Position numbers and translations under genes: made by a program
NCBI RefSeq assembly: GCF_006345805.1
Contig: NC_043026.1
Span: 9,052,001-9,116,000, forward strand
Length of the DNA stretch: 64,000 bases
Direction: 5' to 3'
Origin: Octopus sinensis
Lineage: Eukaryota
Notes under the pieces: generated by a model
Seen by the model: only the letters and a program-made list of their open reading frames with translations
Database searches by the model: none
What the model was told of the DNA's origin: nothing
Part shown: positions 51,301-63,739 of the stretch, one piece after another
Position numbering within the stretch: position 1 is the stretch's first letter
Layout: each line of letters starts with the position of its first letter

Positions 51301-53320
51301 GGAACAACGATTTGCTCCTCTCATTTGCAGGGAACAACGATTTGCTCCTCTCACTCGCAGGGAACAACGATTTGCTCCTCTCACTTGCAGGGAACAACGA
51401 TTTGCTCCACTCACTCGCAGGGAACAACGATTTGCTCCTCTCACTTGCAGGGAACAACGATTTGCTCCTCTCACTTGCAGGGAACAACGATTTGCTCCTC
51501 TCACTCGCAGGGAACAACGATTTGCTCCTCTCACTCGCAGGGAACAACGATTTGCCCCTCTCACTTGCAGGGAAGGACGATTTGCTCCTCTCACTCGCAG
51601 GGAACAACGATTTGCTCCTCTCACTTGCAGGGAACAACGATTTGCTCCTCTCACTTGCAGGGAACAACGATTTGCTCCTCTCACTCGCAGGGAACAACGA
51701 TTTGCTCCTCTCACTTGCAGGGAACAACGATTTGCTCCTCTCACTCGCAGGGAACAACGATTTGCTCCTCTCACTCGCAGGGAACAACGATTTGCTCCTC
51801 TCACTTGCAGGGAACAACGATTTGCTCCTCTCACTCGCAGGGAACAACGATTTGCTCCTCTCACTTGCAGGGAACGACGATTTGCTCCTCTCACTTGCAG
51901 GGAACGACGATTTGCTCCTCTCACTTGCAGGGAACAACGATTTGCTCCTCTCACTTGCAGGGAAGGACGATTTGCTCCTCTCTCTTGCAGGGAACAACGA
52001 TTTGCTCCTCTCACTTGCAGGGACAACGATTTGCTCCTCTCACTCGCAGGGAACAACGATTTGCTCCTCTCACTTGCAGGGAACAACGATTTGCTCCTCT
52101 CACTTGCAGGGAAGGACGATTTGCTCCTCTCACTTGCAGGGAACAACGATTTGCTCCTCTCACTTGCAGGGAACAACGATTTTCTCCTCTCACTTGCAGG
52201 GAACAACGATTTGCTCCTCTCACTTGCAGGGAACAACGATTTGCTCCTCTCACTTGTAGGGAACAACGATTTGCTCCTCTCACTTGCAGGGAACAACGAT
52301 TTGCTCCTCTCACTCGCAGGGAACAACGATTTGCTCCTCTCACTCGCAGGGAACAACGATTTACTCCGCTCACTCGCAGGGAACGATTTGCTCCTCTCAC
52401 TCGCAGGGAACAACGATTTGCTCCTCTCACTCGCAGGGAAGGACGATTTGCTCCTCTCACTCGCAGGGAACAACGATTTGCCCCTCTCACTCGCAGGGAA
52501 CAACGATTTGCTCCTCTCACTCGCAGGGAACAACGATTTGCTCCTCTCACTCGCAGGGAACAACGATTTGCTCCTCTCACTTGCAGGGAACAACGATTTG
52601 CTCCTCTCACTTGCAGGGAACAACGATTTGCTCCTCTCACTGGCAGGGAACAACGATTTGCTCCTCTCACTCGCAGGGAACAACGATTTGCTCCTCTCAC
52701 TCGCAGGTAACAACGATTTGCTCCTCTCACTCGCAGGGAACGACGATTTGCTCCTCTCACTTGCAGGGAACGACGATTTGCTCCTCTCACTCGCAGGGAA
52801 CAACGATTTGCTCCTCTCACTCGCAGGGAACAACGATTTGCTCCTCTCACTCGCAGGGAACAACGATTTGCTCCTCTCACTTGCAGGGAAGGACGATTTG
52901 CTCCTCTCACTTGCAGGGAACAACGATTTGCTCCTCTCACTTGCAGGGAACAACGATTTGCTCCTCTCACTCGCAGGGAACAACGATTTGCTCCTCTCAC
53001 TCGCAGGGAACAACGATTTGCTCCTCTCACTCGCAGGGAAGGACGATTTGCTCCTCTCACTCGCAGGGAACAACGATTTGCTCCTCTCACTGGCAGGGAA
53101 CAACGATTTGCTCCTCTCACTCGCAGGCAACAACGATTTGCTCCTCCCACTCGCAGTGAGCAACGATTTACGCCTCTCACTCGCAGGGAACAACAATTTG
53201 CTCTTCTTACTAGTAGGGAACAATTGATTTTACTTTTTGTGGCGAACATCAATTTTATTGCAGCGAACGTTTTACTCTTCTGACTTGTTGGGAACAATGG
53301 TTTACTCTTCTCACAACATT
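36385..53320. repeat. 30-bp minisatellite/satellite array, ~560 units, consensus AACAACGATTTGCTCCTCTCACTTGCAGGG
   Basis: Directly visible 30-bp periodicity over ~16.9 kb, with occasional 29-bp units. The left edge is abrupt; diverged units occur at 53140-53320. Confidence 0.98.
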
Positions 53321-53903
53321 TGTCAAATAATACCTGGGGATAAACACAGACACAAGGACATACACACATATACATATATTCATGTATGTATGTATATATA
53401 GTATTGTTTATGATTCGTGCCTCACTTAACAGTGGCTTGTCTTGACGTAGCTGTGTGTTGGTTATGCATTCACTGGTCTATTCTGTGTTCCTGGAATTCC
53501 CTTTATATAAAAGAATGTCAATAAGAACCAGGTAAATTCAATGCAACTATTATTTATTACAACCCCTTATAAAAATACATGGCAAATGTCTTACAAATGG
53601 TGAAGTAACAGGTTTGGCTAGTTTTAACGAACTCTATCTGGAACAGTGGGAGTTGTATCACAGTTGAAATTCTGTAGCATCTTCATGGCTCAGTTCTGTG
53701 TGTTGGACAGCTTTGGTTGTGATCTCCTCTGGCATGTTCTCAACAGTTGGTTGCCCTTTATAACACCAACCACTCCGAGTGTAACGGGTGGCTGTACGTG
53801 TCACTGGCTGGGGTGTCATTTGCATGACACATGAGACCGCAAACAGACCACCACCAGTTGTCAAGCAATACTGAGAGACAAACACAAAGACGTATATAGA
53901 TAC

Positions 53904-53942
<39 letters not shown>

Positions 53943-54785
53943 GAGTGTTGGTTATGAGTTTTGCTTGCGAGTTAATTGTGGCTGGTTCATCTTGATGTAG
54001 CTGTGTTGGTTATGCATTAACTGGTCTAGTCTGTCTGCCTGGAGTTACCGAATACAAAAGAATGACAAGAAGAACCACGTAAATTCAATGCGATTTATTT
54101 ATTACAACTCTTTATAAAAATACATGGCAAATGTCTTACATATTGTGAAGTAACAGGTTTGGCAAGTTTTAACGAACTCTATCTGGAACAGTGGGAGTTA
54201 TATCACAGTTAGGAGAAAATGCTGATTGTTCTTATGAATTGTCACATTGATAGTCATACATCTATATGAATAGATACACATTTAGTTAACACCAGAAGTA
54301 CCGAGCGGTCATTTATCACCAATTCTGCTTATTACTTTTTAATTTCTACAACTCTATTGAATGTGCAATCAGGAGCATCATTTCATATAAATATGTGCAT
54401 AGATATATATTTTTATGGAGAAAGCCCACAACACTACAATTTTAGGAGGAGCTCATGTTTTTAAAAAGCATATCCCACAGGTAAGTTACCTGAGATGTGG
54501 TGACATAAACTATACAGTTGGGAGGTTGTTATCACACACTGTTCTACCTCCTCTTTTGTGTGAATACATTTACATTTAGAGAGAGTGTCCCTTTTTTTCC
54601 ATAGAACTACTCCAATTCTCTGATGTATTGTTTATTGCCATGGAGAAAGCCCACAGCACCATCACCAATTTAGGAGGAGCTCAAAATGCTTGTTCTTATG
54701 AATCGTCACATTGGTAGTCATACATCTATATGAATAGATACACAGTTAGTTAACACTACAAATACCGAGGGGTCATTTATCACCA

Positions 54786-54895
54786 AGGTAGCAAGCTGGC
54801 AGAAACGTTAGCACGCCGGGCGAAATGCGTAGCCACATTTCGTTTGTCGTTACGTTCTGAGTTCAAATTTCACCGAGGTCAACTTTGCCTTTCAA
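54786..54895 (+). mobile_element. SINE2 head fragment
   Basis: aagctggcagaaacgttagcacgccgggcg...gagttcaaattt. Confidence 0.75.
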
Positions 54896-55096
54896 TCATG
54901 TGCATCATTTCATGTGTATGGATAAATATTTTTTATATGTTAATAAATGCTAAAAGAATGTATTTTCAAATCCTTTATTCACTGCATTTGCTGATATTCA
55001 AAATAAACTGTATTGGACAATGATCTTCAATGGCAGTCATAAATGACCGCTATGGTCCTTGTAGGAAGTAAGTAATGTTGATACTTGTAGGGTTAA

Positions 55097-55312
55097 CCCT
55101 TGAGAATTTAAAGCGGCCATATCCAACCCAAATATTCTACCTATTTTATGATCAAACCAGTCAGATTCAGCCTCTTGCACCTACCCTACAATGTCATTCT
55201 GAAAATAAACAATCACGTCATCAAAATTTGAAAGCTGTGAAATAATGGGAGACAAATTGAAAATAATTTGAATAAAATCAGATTTGACAGAATAATCTGC
55301 ATGGTAAAGGGT
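55097..55312. mobile_element. piggyBac-like MITE in the ZNF-E 3' region, both TTAA sites intact
   Basis: TTAA|CCCTTGAG...GGTAAAGGG|TTAA (TTAA at 55093-55096 and 55313-55316). Confidence 0.8.
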
Positions 55313-55344
55313 TAAATTATCATTTACAGATGATTTACAACAAA

Positions 55345-55683
<339 letters not shown>

Positions 55684-57099
55684 TCACTTTTTCCCTGTAT
55701 GAACAAGTGCGTGTGTAGTCAAGTTTCTGGCTGAAGAGAATGATTTACCACAGACATGACACGGATATGGCTTCTCTCCTGTATGGGAACGTTTGTGAGA
55801 TTTTAAATCACTTTGGTTAGAGAATGATTTACTACAGATGTTACACTGATATGGCTTCTCTCCTGTATGAACACGCTTGTGAGAAATGAAAGTACTTCGG
55901 GCAGAGAATGATTTACCACAGATGAGACATTGAAATGGCTTCTCCCCTGTATGAATACGTTTATGAGTAATTAGGCTATTACTCTGAGAGAATGATATAC
56001 TACAGATGTTACATTGATATGGCTTCTCTCCTGTATGAACACGCTTGTGAGTACTTAGAGTACTCAAGTGACAGAAAGATTTGTTACAGATGTTGCACTG
56101 ATATGGCTTCTCCCCTGTATGGGAACGTTTGTGAGATTTTAAATCACTTTGGTTAGAGAATGATTTACTACAGATGTTACACTGATATGGCTTCTCTCCT
56201 GTATGAACACGCTTGTGAGAAATGAAAGTACTTCGGGCAGAGAATGATTTACCACAGATGAGACATTGAAATGGCTTCTCCCCTGTATGAATACGTTTAT
56301 GAGTAATTAGGCTATTACTCCGAGAGAATGATATACTACAGATGTTACATTGATATGGCTTCTCTCCTGTATGAACACGCTTGTGAGTACTTAGAGTACT
56401 CAAGTGACAGAAAGATTTGTTACAGATGTTGCACTGATATGGCTTCTCCCCTGTATGGGAACGTTTGTGAGATTTTAAATCACTTTGGTTAGAGAATGAT
56501 TTACTACAGATGTTACATTGATATGGCTTCTCTCCTGTATGAACACGCTTGTGAATACTTAGGCTACACAAGTGACAGAAAGATTTGTTACAGATGTTGC
56601 ACTGATATGGCTTCTCCCCTGTATGAATACGTTGGTGTGAAATCAACTCAATTTTTCGAGAGAACGATTTACCACAGATTTCACAGTGAAATGGCTTTTC
56701 GCCTGTATGAATACGTTGGTGTAAAGTCAAATTATGTTTTTGAGAGAATGATTTACCACAGATATCACAAGAATATGGTGTTTCTCCTGTATGGGAATGT
56801 TTATGATTAGTAAAAACACCACGCCAAGAGAATGATTTACCACAGATGTTACACTGATATGGCTTCTCTCCTGTATGAATACGTTTATGAGAAGTTAAAG
56901 CACTACTTTGAGAGAATGATTTACCACAGATTTCACAGCGAAATGGCTTCTCTTTTGTATGAATACGTTTGTGCACATTCAAGTAACCCTTATGAGAGAA
57001 TGACTTTTTACAGACATCACAGTCATGTGATAAGTTTCTCCCTCCTTTTTCTGCATCTTCAGGAAAAACTATCTCCTCTAGTTTTTCACTTTTTTCCAT
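55684..57099 (-). CDS. C2H2 zinc-finger protein ZNF-E, ~471 aa, 16 fingers
   Basis: Open ORF from the paralog-equivalent ATG (MEKSEKL, 57099); the track start at 57117 is a GTG. It contains a 336-bp four-finger internal repeat. Confidence 0.9.
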   Translation of the reverse strand: MEKSEKLEEIVFPEDAEKGGRNLSHDCDVCKKSFSHKGYLNVHKRIHTKEKPFRCEICGKSFSQSSALTSHKRIHTGEKPYQCNICGKSFSWRGVFTNHKHSHTGETPYSCDICGKSFSQKHNLTLHQRIHTGEKPFHCEICGKSFSRKIELISHQRIHTGEKPYQCNICNKSFCHLCSLSIHKRVHTGEKPYQCNICSKSFSNQSDLKSHKRSHTGEKPYQCNICNKSFCHLSTLSTHKRVHTGEKPYQCNICSISFSRSNSLITHKRIHTGEKPFQCLICGKSFSARSTFISHKRVHTGEKPYQCNICSKSFSNQSDLKSHKRSHTGEKPYQCNICNKSFCHLSTLSTHKRVHTGEKPYQCNICSISFSQSNSLITHKRIHTGEKPFQCLICGKSFSARSTFISHKRVHTGEKPYQCNICSKSFSNQSDLKSHKRSHTGEKPYPCHVCGKSFSSARNLTTHALVHTGKK

Positions 57100-57450
57100 T
57101 GTTTCTTTGAAATTCACAATGTATATATAATTTTTTTATTCTTTTTGCTTCTATAGTCTTTTGTTTACAAATATTTCGACTGCTGTATTTCTGTCCGGTA
57201 TTACCTTTGTCCCTAAACTCTTTAGTAAATTTATCCAAGTTTAATTTGCAACCAGACTCATCTTGTAGACACTCCAGCCAGTGATGTCCAATTCAGAGTA
57301 AATATATCAGAGGAATTCTGCCATAGATTTATAGAAACAATCTTATATATCTGTTCTGTACAATATTTCCATTTTGGTCTTTAAAAGATGATAAATAATG
57401 AGAATGTATCTTCAGTTATGCCAATCTCATCTGATATTCTGAAAGAATAA
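57100..57450 (-). promoter_or_regulatory. Conserved acceptor (AG 57439-57440) and 5' leader of ZNF-E
   Basis: Minus strand ttgtttctttattctttcag|aatatcagATGAGATTGGCATAA. Confidence 0.65.
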
Positions 57451-58104
57451 AGAAACAACAGTGTAAGATAGAGAGGCTACTTAGAAAATACAGATTCAAC
57501 ATTTCCCTAGAAAACAACAGAACTTTAAATTTATTAAAATTTACATCAGAAAATCCAGAGTGAAGCTGACATATTTCTCAACTCCAGTTACACATTCACA
57601 CACACACACATATAGTCAATAAAACATAGATCACAAAAGCACACTCTAAGGAATGGAGCAGTAATTATTAAAAGAAAAATTTTAATTCTGGTCCCAGAAT
57701 TACCAAAGGCTTCATCTACATCAAAGCACCAGCTTCGTGGACAGCTTGTCAGACTATACAAAACACGGATATGAGGAAACGGTCCAATTGGATCTTTTCG
57801 TCTGTTGGCTAGGTTTATCCGGGTCTTTCAGGGATTTTGGTTTCATCCTATGGTCCATTACCGTGTTTATACGTTTGGCCTCAAATGTTGATATCTGACA
57901 CACTGCGGCTACCTATTGCTTTGATTCTTCTGGCTCCCCTAACCAGGCCCTTTTTACCCTGGTTAGAGCATCTGCCTTGTTTGTCTCTGAAGGCGCAAAG
58001 ACCACATTCAGCTTCAGGCCGAACTCGCCAGCCAGCTCCCCTAGAATCCCTAGGCGGCACTAAGGCTGTATTTGGTCCTTCAGTTATTTCTTCTACCTGA
58101 AATG

Positions 58105-58200
58105 ACATGCATAAGATCTGGTCATCAAATCTAAGTAGAGACTTCAAACTTGAAATCTTCAAAGCCACAGTCGAACCAATTCTACTATATGGAGAGATGT
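58105..58200 (+). mobile_element. LINE (RTE-like) post-RT fragment
   Basis: Plus translation MHKIWSSNLSRDFKLEIFKATVEPILLYGE matches the conserved K.IW...L....K...FKA.V..ILLYG motif. Confidence 0.6.
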
Positions 58201-58429
58201 ATTAATTGGCTTCTTACCACGTGGACATGAAGAAATCTTCATGTCCACGTGGTAAGAAGTTTAAACTTTTTTTTTGTCTTTGTATAAGTCTGATGACAAA
58301 AGGGGATTGTACCTGCAACTGGAAGGACCAGCCTTATCCCAGGGTATCACAATAACTCAGAGCTTCGTTATGGGTGTCTTTAGAGTGCTCAGCCACTTGC
58401 ACATTAATTTCAAGAGCAGGCGTTCAGTT

Positions 58430-58650
58430 GATCGGGGTTCATACCACCTGACAGGAAAAGGGGACCACCACAACTGCAGGGCTGCTGTTATAACTCCTTT
58501 CAGTTCCTGCCTAGGTCTTTGCCATGATGACCCTGGACAGGGCATGAAATCATCTGCTTGCTTCCCAGCAGTTAGGGTTCAAGCCAAAGGGGTCAACTAC
58601 TGACAGGGTCCTGGATCTTTGTGCACTCACTGAATGCAAGTGGAGCTTCC
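58430..58650 (+). mobile_element. LINE reverse-transcriptase N-terminal remnant
   Basis: Pieces KGKGDHHNCR-like, L*LLSVPA*VFA and QQLGFKPKGSTTDRVLDL correspond to the KGD..DC.NYRGI.LLS.PGKVF and Q.GF.P..ST.D motifs. Confidence 0.6.
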
Positions 58651-59094
58651 AAACTCAGAGGTGGGGTGGAACTAGATCTGTAGTCGGGGGGTGGGGATCA
58701 ATGAGGGCGATTTCACGATTGATTACAAAAAGTTTATCAGCTAAGCAAATGGCCTTCCCTGAATGCATTGAAACATTATAACAGAATCACTATTTCAGGA
58801 AATCATCATTGTTCTCTTTGAGTGTGTAGAAAGAGAAATTTGGCAGAGGCAAGAAAAGGTGAAATTGTCTCTTCAAATTATCCAGAATTACATTTGAAAA
58901 CAAAGACTCAAACATCAATATCTATCCTTCGACATCTTAAAGATCAGAAATGCAAAGAGCTATTCAAGTATCGAATTCAAATGAAAGAGAATCAGAGAAA
59001 AATTGCAAATGATGTGAAATTAATGAATATCGAATAAATAGAAAAACTCACTGCTTCCACAAATTCAAAAATACATCAAACCTGGTTCGGTTAC

Positions 59095-59300
59095 CTACAG
59101 AGATTCCTGGGTGTCTTACAAAAGATATACAAACATTGGGTTATCAACATTACAGGATAAACCACAAAGAAAATTTTGTTGACACCAAATATGCACACGC
59201 AAAACATCGAACGCTTTTGGCAGGATTTAAAAGAATGGGTGAAAAGGCCAGGTATTCGTTCAAACTATCTACACCAGTACCTGGCCAGGTAATCATTTAT
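59095..59300 (+). mobile_element. Second Merlin transposase remnant (C-terminal, frameshifted)
   Basis: With two frameshifts it reads DSWVSYKDIQTLGYQHYRINHKENFVD...HTQNIERFWQDLKEWVKRPG...YLHQYLAR. The catalytic E is retained. Confidence 0.7.
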
Positions 59301-59399
59301 CTCTGCTACAGGAAAGAAAAACAACTAAGATGATAACATACAAAAAAAGTTGAAAAAAAATTTCTGGTGAAATCGAGGAAGCACCCCACCCCATCTTAA

Positions 59400-59550
59400 G
59401 AGTGGTCCCGGTGCACGCACTCGCGCTAGCTAGTCGTGACTAGTCAATCCTACAACGACTACCTAGCAAAGTAAATAAAATACCAAAACACAAAGTAAGG
59501 ATCGACTAGTCGTGATTAGCTAGAGCGAGTGCGCGCACCGGGACCACCCA
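59400..59550. mobile_element. MITE of the GTGGTCCCGG TIR family
   Basis: gtggtcccggtgcacgcactcgcgctagctagtcgtgactagtc ... gactagtcgtgattagctagagcgagtgcgcgcaccgggaccac. Confidence 0.75.
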
Positions 59551-60367
59551 TCCCTGCGTTTTCCATAGTAAAAAATGCACTTGCGATATATAAGGAGGTT
59601 GAGGGCGATTTTTCGTTCTGAGTTGAGACTTATAAAGAAACTTGTTCGCTGGTTTCCATGACGAGGGGTCGCCTTGTCAAGTGCGTGTTTCTTGTACTGT
59701 TTGACGACCGGTCGACCTTAAATAATCGGTTTTGGAAGTTGAGGAGAAATTTGTTGAATATAAAACGGTGACTGGCCACCTCACTCTTACGGACTCAATT
59801 TCAGGAATAACAACTATGATGGCCATAAATATTCATTCATAAATAGAAAATGACGAGGCAATGCTTAAAATAGAACAATATGAAACAATTTGGAAGAAAA
59901 TGAGAAATTACTCATTTTGCCCCGCTTACTAATTTCGCCCCCTTCTTTTAATCAAGCAACAAATATTTGGTGAATTATAATAAAGCATTGGTTTCTCAAC
60001 ATTTATGTGGTCGGAGTTTATTTGGGAATATTTCCCCATCTAAACACACAACAAAAACGTGGAAACAATGGAAAGTGTAGAATAAATGAGAAATTACTCA
60101 TTTTGCCCCGCTTACTAATTTCGTCCCTCTACCTTTTATCAAGCAACAAATATTTGGTGAAATATAATAAAGCATTGGTTTCTCAGCATTTCTGTGGTTG
60201 GAGTTTATTTTAAGAACATTTCTCCAACTAAAACACACAACAAACAAACTTAAAGAAGAAACGATGGGGCGTGTAGGAGGTTGCCGCCATAGCTAGAAAT
60301 AGCAGCCAAATGTGGAACAAAATCTGATTCACAAAGTATTAAAGATTAAATGCTTTCATTGTTTAAT

Positions 60368-60540
60368 ACTTACGGAAATGTCTTTATAAAGGATGGTGTT
60401 GTTGTTGTTGCTATGTCAGGTGGTAAAGAAATCTATTATAAATGCGTTTCGGAGTGAATTAATGGAAATTCTGGAATCAGACACTTTTGTAAAGACGTAA
60501 TAAATGGAGGCGGAAGAACGTTTAGTGCGCATGCGTATAA
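60368..60540 (-). promoter_or_regulatory. Putative promoter and non-coding exon 1 of ZNF-E
   Basis: TGCGCATGCG at 60526-60535, GGCGGAAG, and minus-strand donor CC|GTAAGT at 60373. Homologous to 11386-11560. Confidence 0.6.
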
Positions 60541-60574
60541 TATATTGATTTCACATTTTGGCACAAGGCCAGCA

Positions 60575-60900
60575 TGGGGGGGGGTCTTTCGGAAAATTCA
60601 CAAGATGCAATTTTTCCGTCATAATTTTCGGGACAAATTGATATATATTTATTATTCTTTTTACGGAATCCCAAGTTTTTGGTTACGGAGGATCCGATTC
60701 AGAAAAAAAAAAAAAAAAAAAAGAATTCAAAATCGCCTTTTCAAGATTTCGATCCCCCCCACCTCGTAATTTTTCAGCGGGATGGGGCGAAGTTTGGGTC
60801 GGAATTTCTCATTAAAAAAAACTTGGGCGATGTTTCGCTTGTCGTAGCACACGTTTCCGTCGATTTCCGTAAAAAATGTAAACACTGAATCGGCCATACA
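60575..60900. repeat. Family X interspersed repeat
   Basis: gtctttcggaaaattcacaagatgcaatttttccgtc...ggaggatccgattcagaaaaa. Confidence 0.6.
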
Positions 60901-61265
60901 TACATACATACATACACACAACATACACACACACATACATACACACACACACATACATAGATACATACACACACACACATACATGCAGACATACATATAC
61001 ACAGAGTAAAAAATTACACTGAATCGGCCATACATACATACATACATACATACATACACACATACATACACACACACACATACATAGATACATACACACA
61101 CACACACATACATGCAGACATACATATACACATACACCGAGTAAAAAATTACACTGAATCGGCCATACATACATACATACATACACACATACATACATAC
61201 ACACACACACATACAAGATACATACACACACACACATACATGCATATACACATACACCGAGTAAA
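60875..61265. repeat. ~130-bp tandem units built around (CATA)/(CA) microsatellites
   Basis: acactgaatcggccatacatac recurs three times. Confidence 0.75.
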
Positions 61266-61869
61266 AAATTTCAGTTATCTCTCTCTTTCACACACATTAC
61301 TCTCTCTGTCTCTTCACACACACTAACAGAAGCACTTCACTTACACAACATACTGCCTGTCTCCCACACCCCGATCAAACACACACACACACGGGGACTT
61401 CAAAGAGAAATTTCCTCGTCATAAAATCGCTTCCTCTTAGTCTCTTTCTCGCTCTCATTACTTATATATAAAAAAATAAAAGTTTTTTACAGAAATCGAC
61501 GGAAACTTGTGCTACTACAAGCGAAACATCGCCAAAATTTGAAATTGAAATTTGAATTTGTGTTTATTTTTTCCGTATTCTTAATCTTCGTATTTTCCCC
61601 ACGTAGATTGAAACAAAAAATCGAAAAAACCCCATATTTCTGCGGGAAATTACTCTGAGAGAAATCCTTGCAGAAAGGTGAGTAGATTGATAATAACATT
61701 TCTTTTGTTATATTTTTGTCAGATTTGGCTGTTATTTCTAGCATGTGGGGGGTTGCTTGAAGGCCAAGGCCGTAAATTGGGAGGGGAGGGTATTATAATT
61801 ATGATGATTATTCAGGCAAATATTGATATAAGTTTACGGTGGGAGATAAGGACTTAACGATCAAACGTG

Positions 61870-62564
61870 TGCCATTGCATTGTTTTTTCTGATGAGCATT
61901 ATAGGGGCACCAACTTTAAGTTTGAGAAAGTGTGGTGGTAGTCCGGGTGCTCAAAGGAATTGAGTACCTCTATTGGATAGTTGATGACGTCCTCTGGGTC
62001 AGGAGTTGTATCGATAGACTGATACACATAGACTTCCCCAGGAATGAGTTTTAGCATTTCATCATTAATATGGTGAACAGTTTTATTCCTCGGGGCCAGT
62101 ATAGCCTTTTTGCCAATCCAATCCATATTCTGATAATTAGCTTGTAGATCTGGGAACACTGCATCTCTGAGATCAGAAGGCGTCTTAACAATGGTACAAA
62201 TGGAATCGATGGCAATATTACCATTTTCATCCCCTGGTATTTTGCCTTCGCCAAGTGCAAGGAGGGTGTGAGGAAATGCTGCTGATGTGATATTACGTCG
62301 CATATGAGCACGCATATTGGTGTGAAGTTTGAGAGTTACTTCCCTTTATTTAAAAAAATATGCATTAAAATGGAAAGAAATGATGGTAAATTATTTGTAA
62401 AATCATAGACTCATCATAGACGCGCACTAATACCCAGAAGGGCTCGATATGAATCACGACTATAAGATACCCGGTTTTGGTTAAACTGCATTGCAAAATG
62501 TGGGAGTAGTTAGGAATCTAAATCGGAGTAGACAGACACACAACCTTTCTTTTATATATAAATA
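61870..62564 (-). mobile_element. Internally deleted Helitron: non-autonomous-type 5' end joined to a PIF1 helicase fragment
   Basis: 62564-62340 is the reverse complement of 18790-19020. It joins directly to MRAH...LLALGEGK...AILAPRN...INDEML...YQSID...YPIEVLNS (61899-62315). Confidence 0.8.
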
Positions 62565-63075
62565 TTTTCGTCCTAAAAAACTTTGTATGGATTGAATGGT
62601 TACCTCTATGGAAATATATACACGCACATTATACATACATGTGTGTATAGATGAATATATAAATACATTTAAATATCTATATACACTTTTGGGCGATCTT
62701 TCTTTTTCTTAGAGATAACTTTAGATCTTATATTCGTCCTAAAAAACTTTGTATGGAGTGAAAGGTTACCTCTATGGAAATATATACACACACATTATAC
62801 ATACATCTGTGTATAGATGAATATATAAATACATTTAAATATCTATATACACTTTTGGGCGATCTTTCTTTTTCTTAGAGATAACTTTAGATCTTATTTT
62901 CGTCCTAAAAAACTGTATGGAGTGAATGGTTACCTCTATGGAAATATATACACGCACATTATACATACATGTGTGTATGGATGAATATATAAATACATTT
63001 AAATATCTATATACACTTTTGGGCGATCTTTCTGCTACTTGGATATAGGTCTTATATTCGTCGTAAAAAACTTTC
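62565..63075. repeat. 166-bp tandem repeat, ~3 copies
   Basis: ttcgtcctaaaaaac at 62567, 62733 and 62899, with a variant at 63057. Confidence 0.85.
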
Positions 63076-63504
63076 CTGTCACACACTCACGCACACGCAC
63101 ACACACACACACGTTAGCTTACAATTTTATTTATATATTTGCGTGTCTATGTGTGTAAAGTGGAAGTGGGAACGTAGAGTGAAATAGTCACTCACTACAG
63201 AAAGTGAATTAGTTTCACTTTATTCGTTGCACACTGTGTGTGTGCGTTTGCGTGTGCTGTAACCCACACTAAGAGAAGCATTTGACTCATACACCACAAT
63301 GTGAGTTTTCTCTAAATTTTGCTTAATTGGGTTTGAAATTTTAAAAAGTGGACCTGTCACGACCCAATGCATTCTACTCTTAAAAATGCTAGGTAAATTG
63401 TAATTGAAGAAATCCTATATTGTAGATTTCTATAAGATACAAAGGGAGGCAGATAAAATCTGCCTTTTATAATAAGAGATATATATATACACACACACAC
63501 ACAT

Positions 63505-63547
<43 letters not shown>

Positions 63548-63739
63548 TATATATATATATGAGTTTGTTTCAGTTTCCGTCTACCAAACGCAATTGTCGG
63601 CCCAATGTGCCACGCAGTGGGACGGAACTCAGAACCATGTGGTTGGTAAGCAAGCTATTTACCACAGCCAATTTTACAGACAATTTTTTTTTCAGAATAG
63701 TAATCTTTGTATTTTTCTACGTAATTCGCAAAAATAAAA

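Noticed and set aside
36385-53320. CRISPR-like regular repeat
   Set aside because: There are no unique spacers and no cas genes, and the context is eukaryotic. It is a contiguous tandem array.
36332-53375. Giant ORFs (up to 3120 aa) of NNDLLLSLAG / TTICSSHLQG / EQRFAPLTCR / FPASERSKSL / LQVRGANRCS repeats, including an LRR-like LSLAGN
   Set aside because: A 30-bp unit that is stop-free in five of six frames produces these automatically. Frames switch at 29-bp units that are themselves duplicated. The commonest variant (CTT/CTC) is synonymous in one frame but is equally explained by CpG decay, and variant types are spread over all codon positions by my rough tally. Ribo-seq or proteomics would be needed to revive a coding claim.
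60727-61257. C/V/M/Y-rich ORFs, and the YIYI ORFs near 9.9-11 kb
   Set aside because: They are translations of (CA)n, (CATA)n and (TA)n microsatellites.
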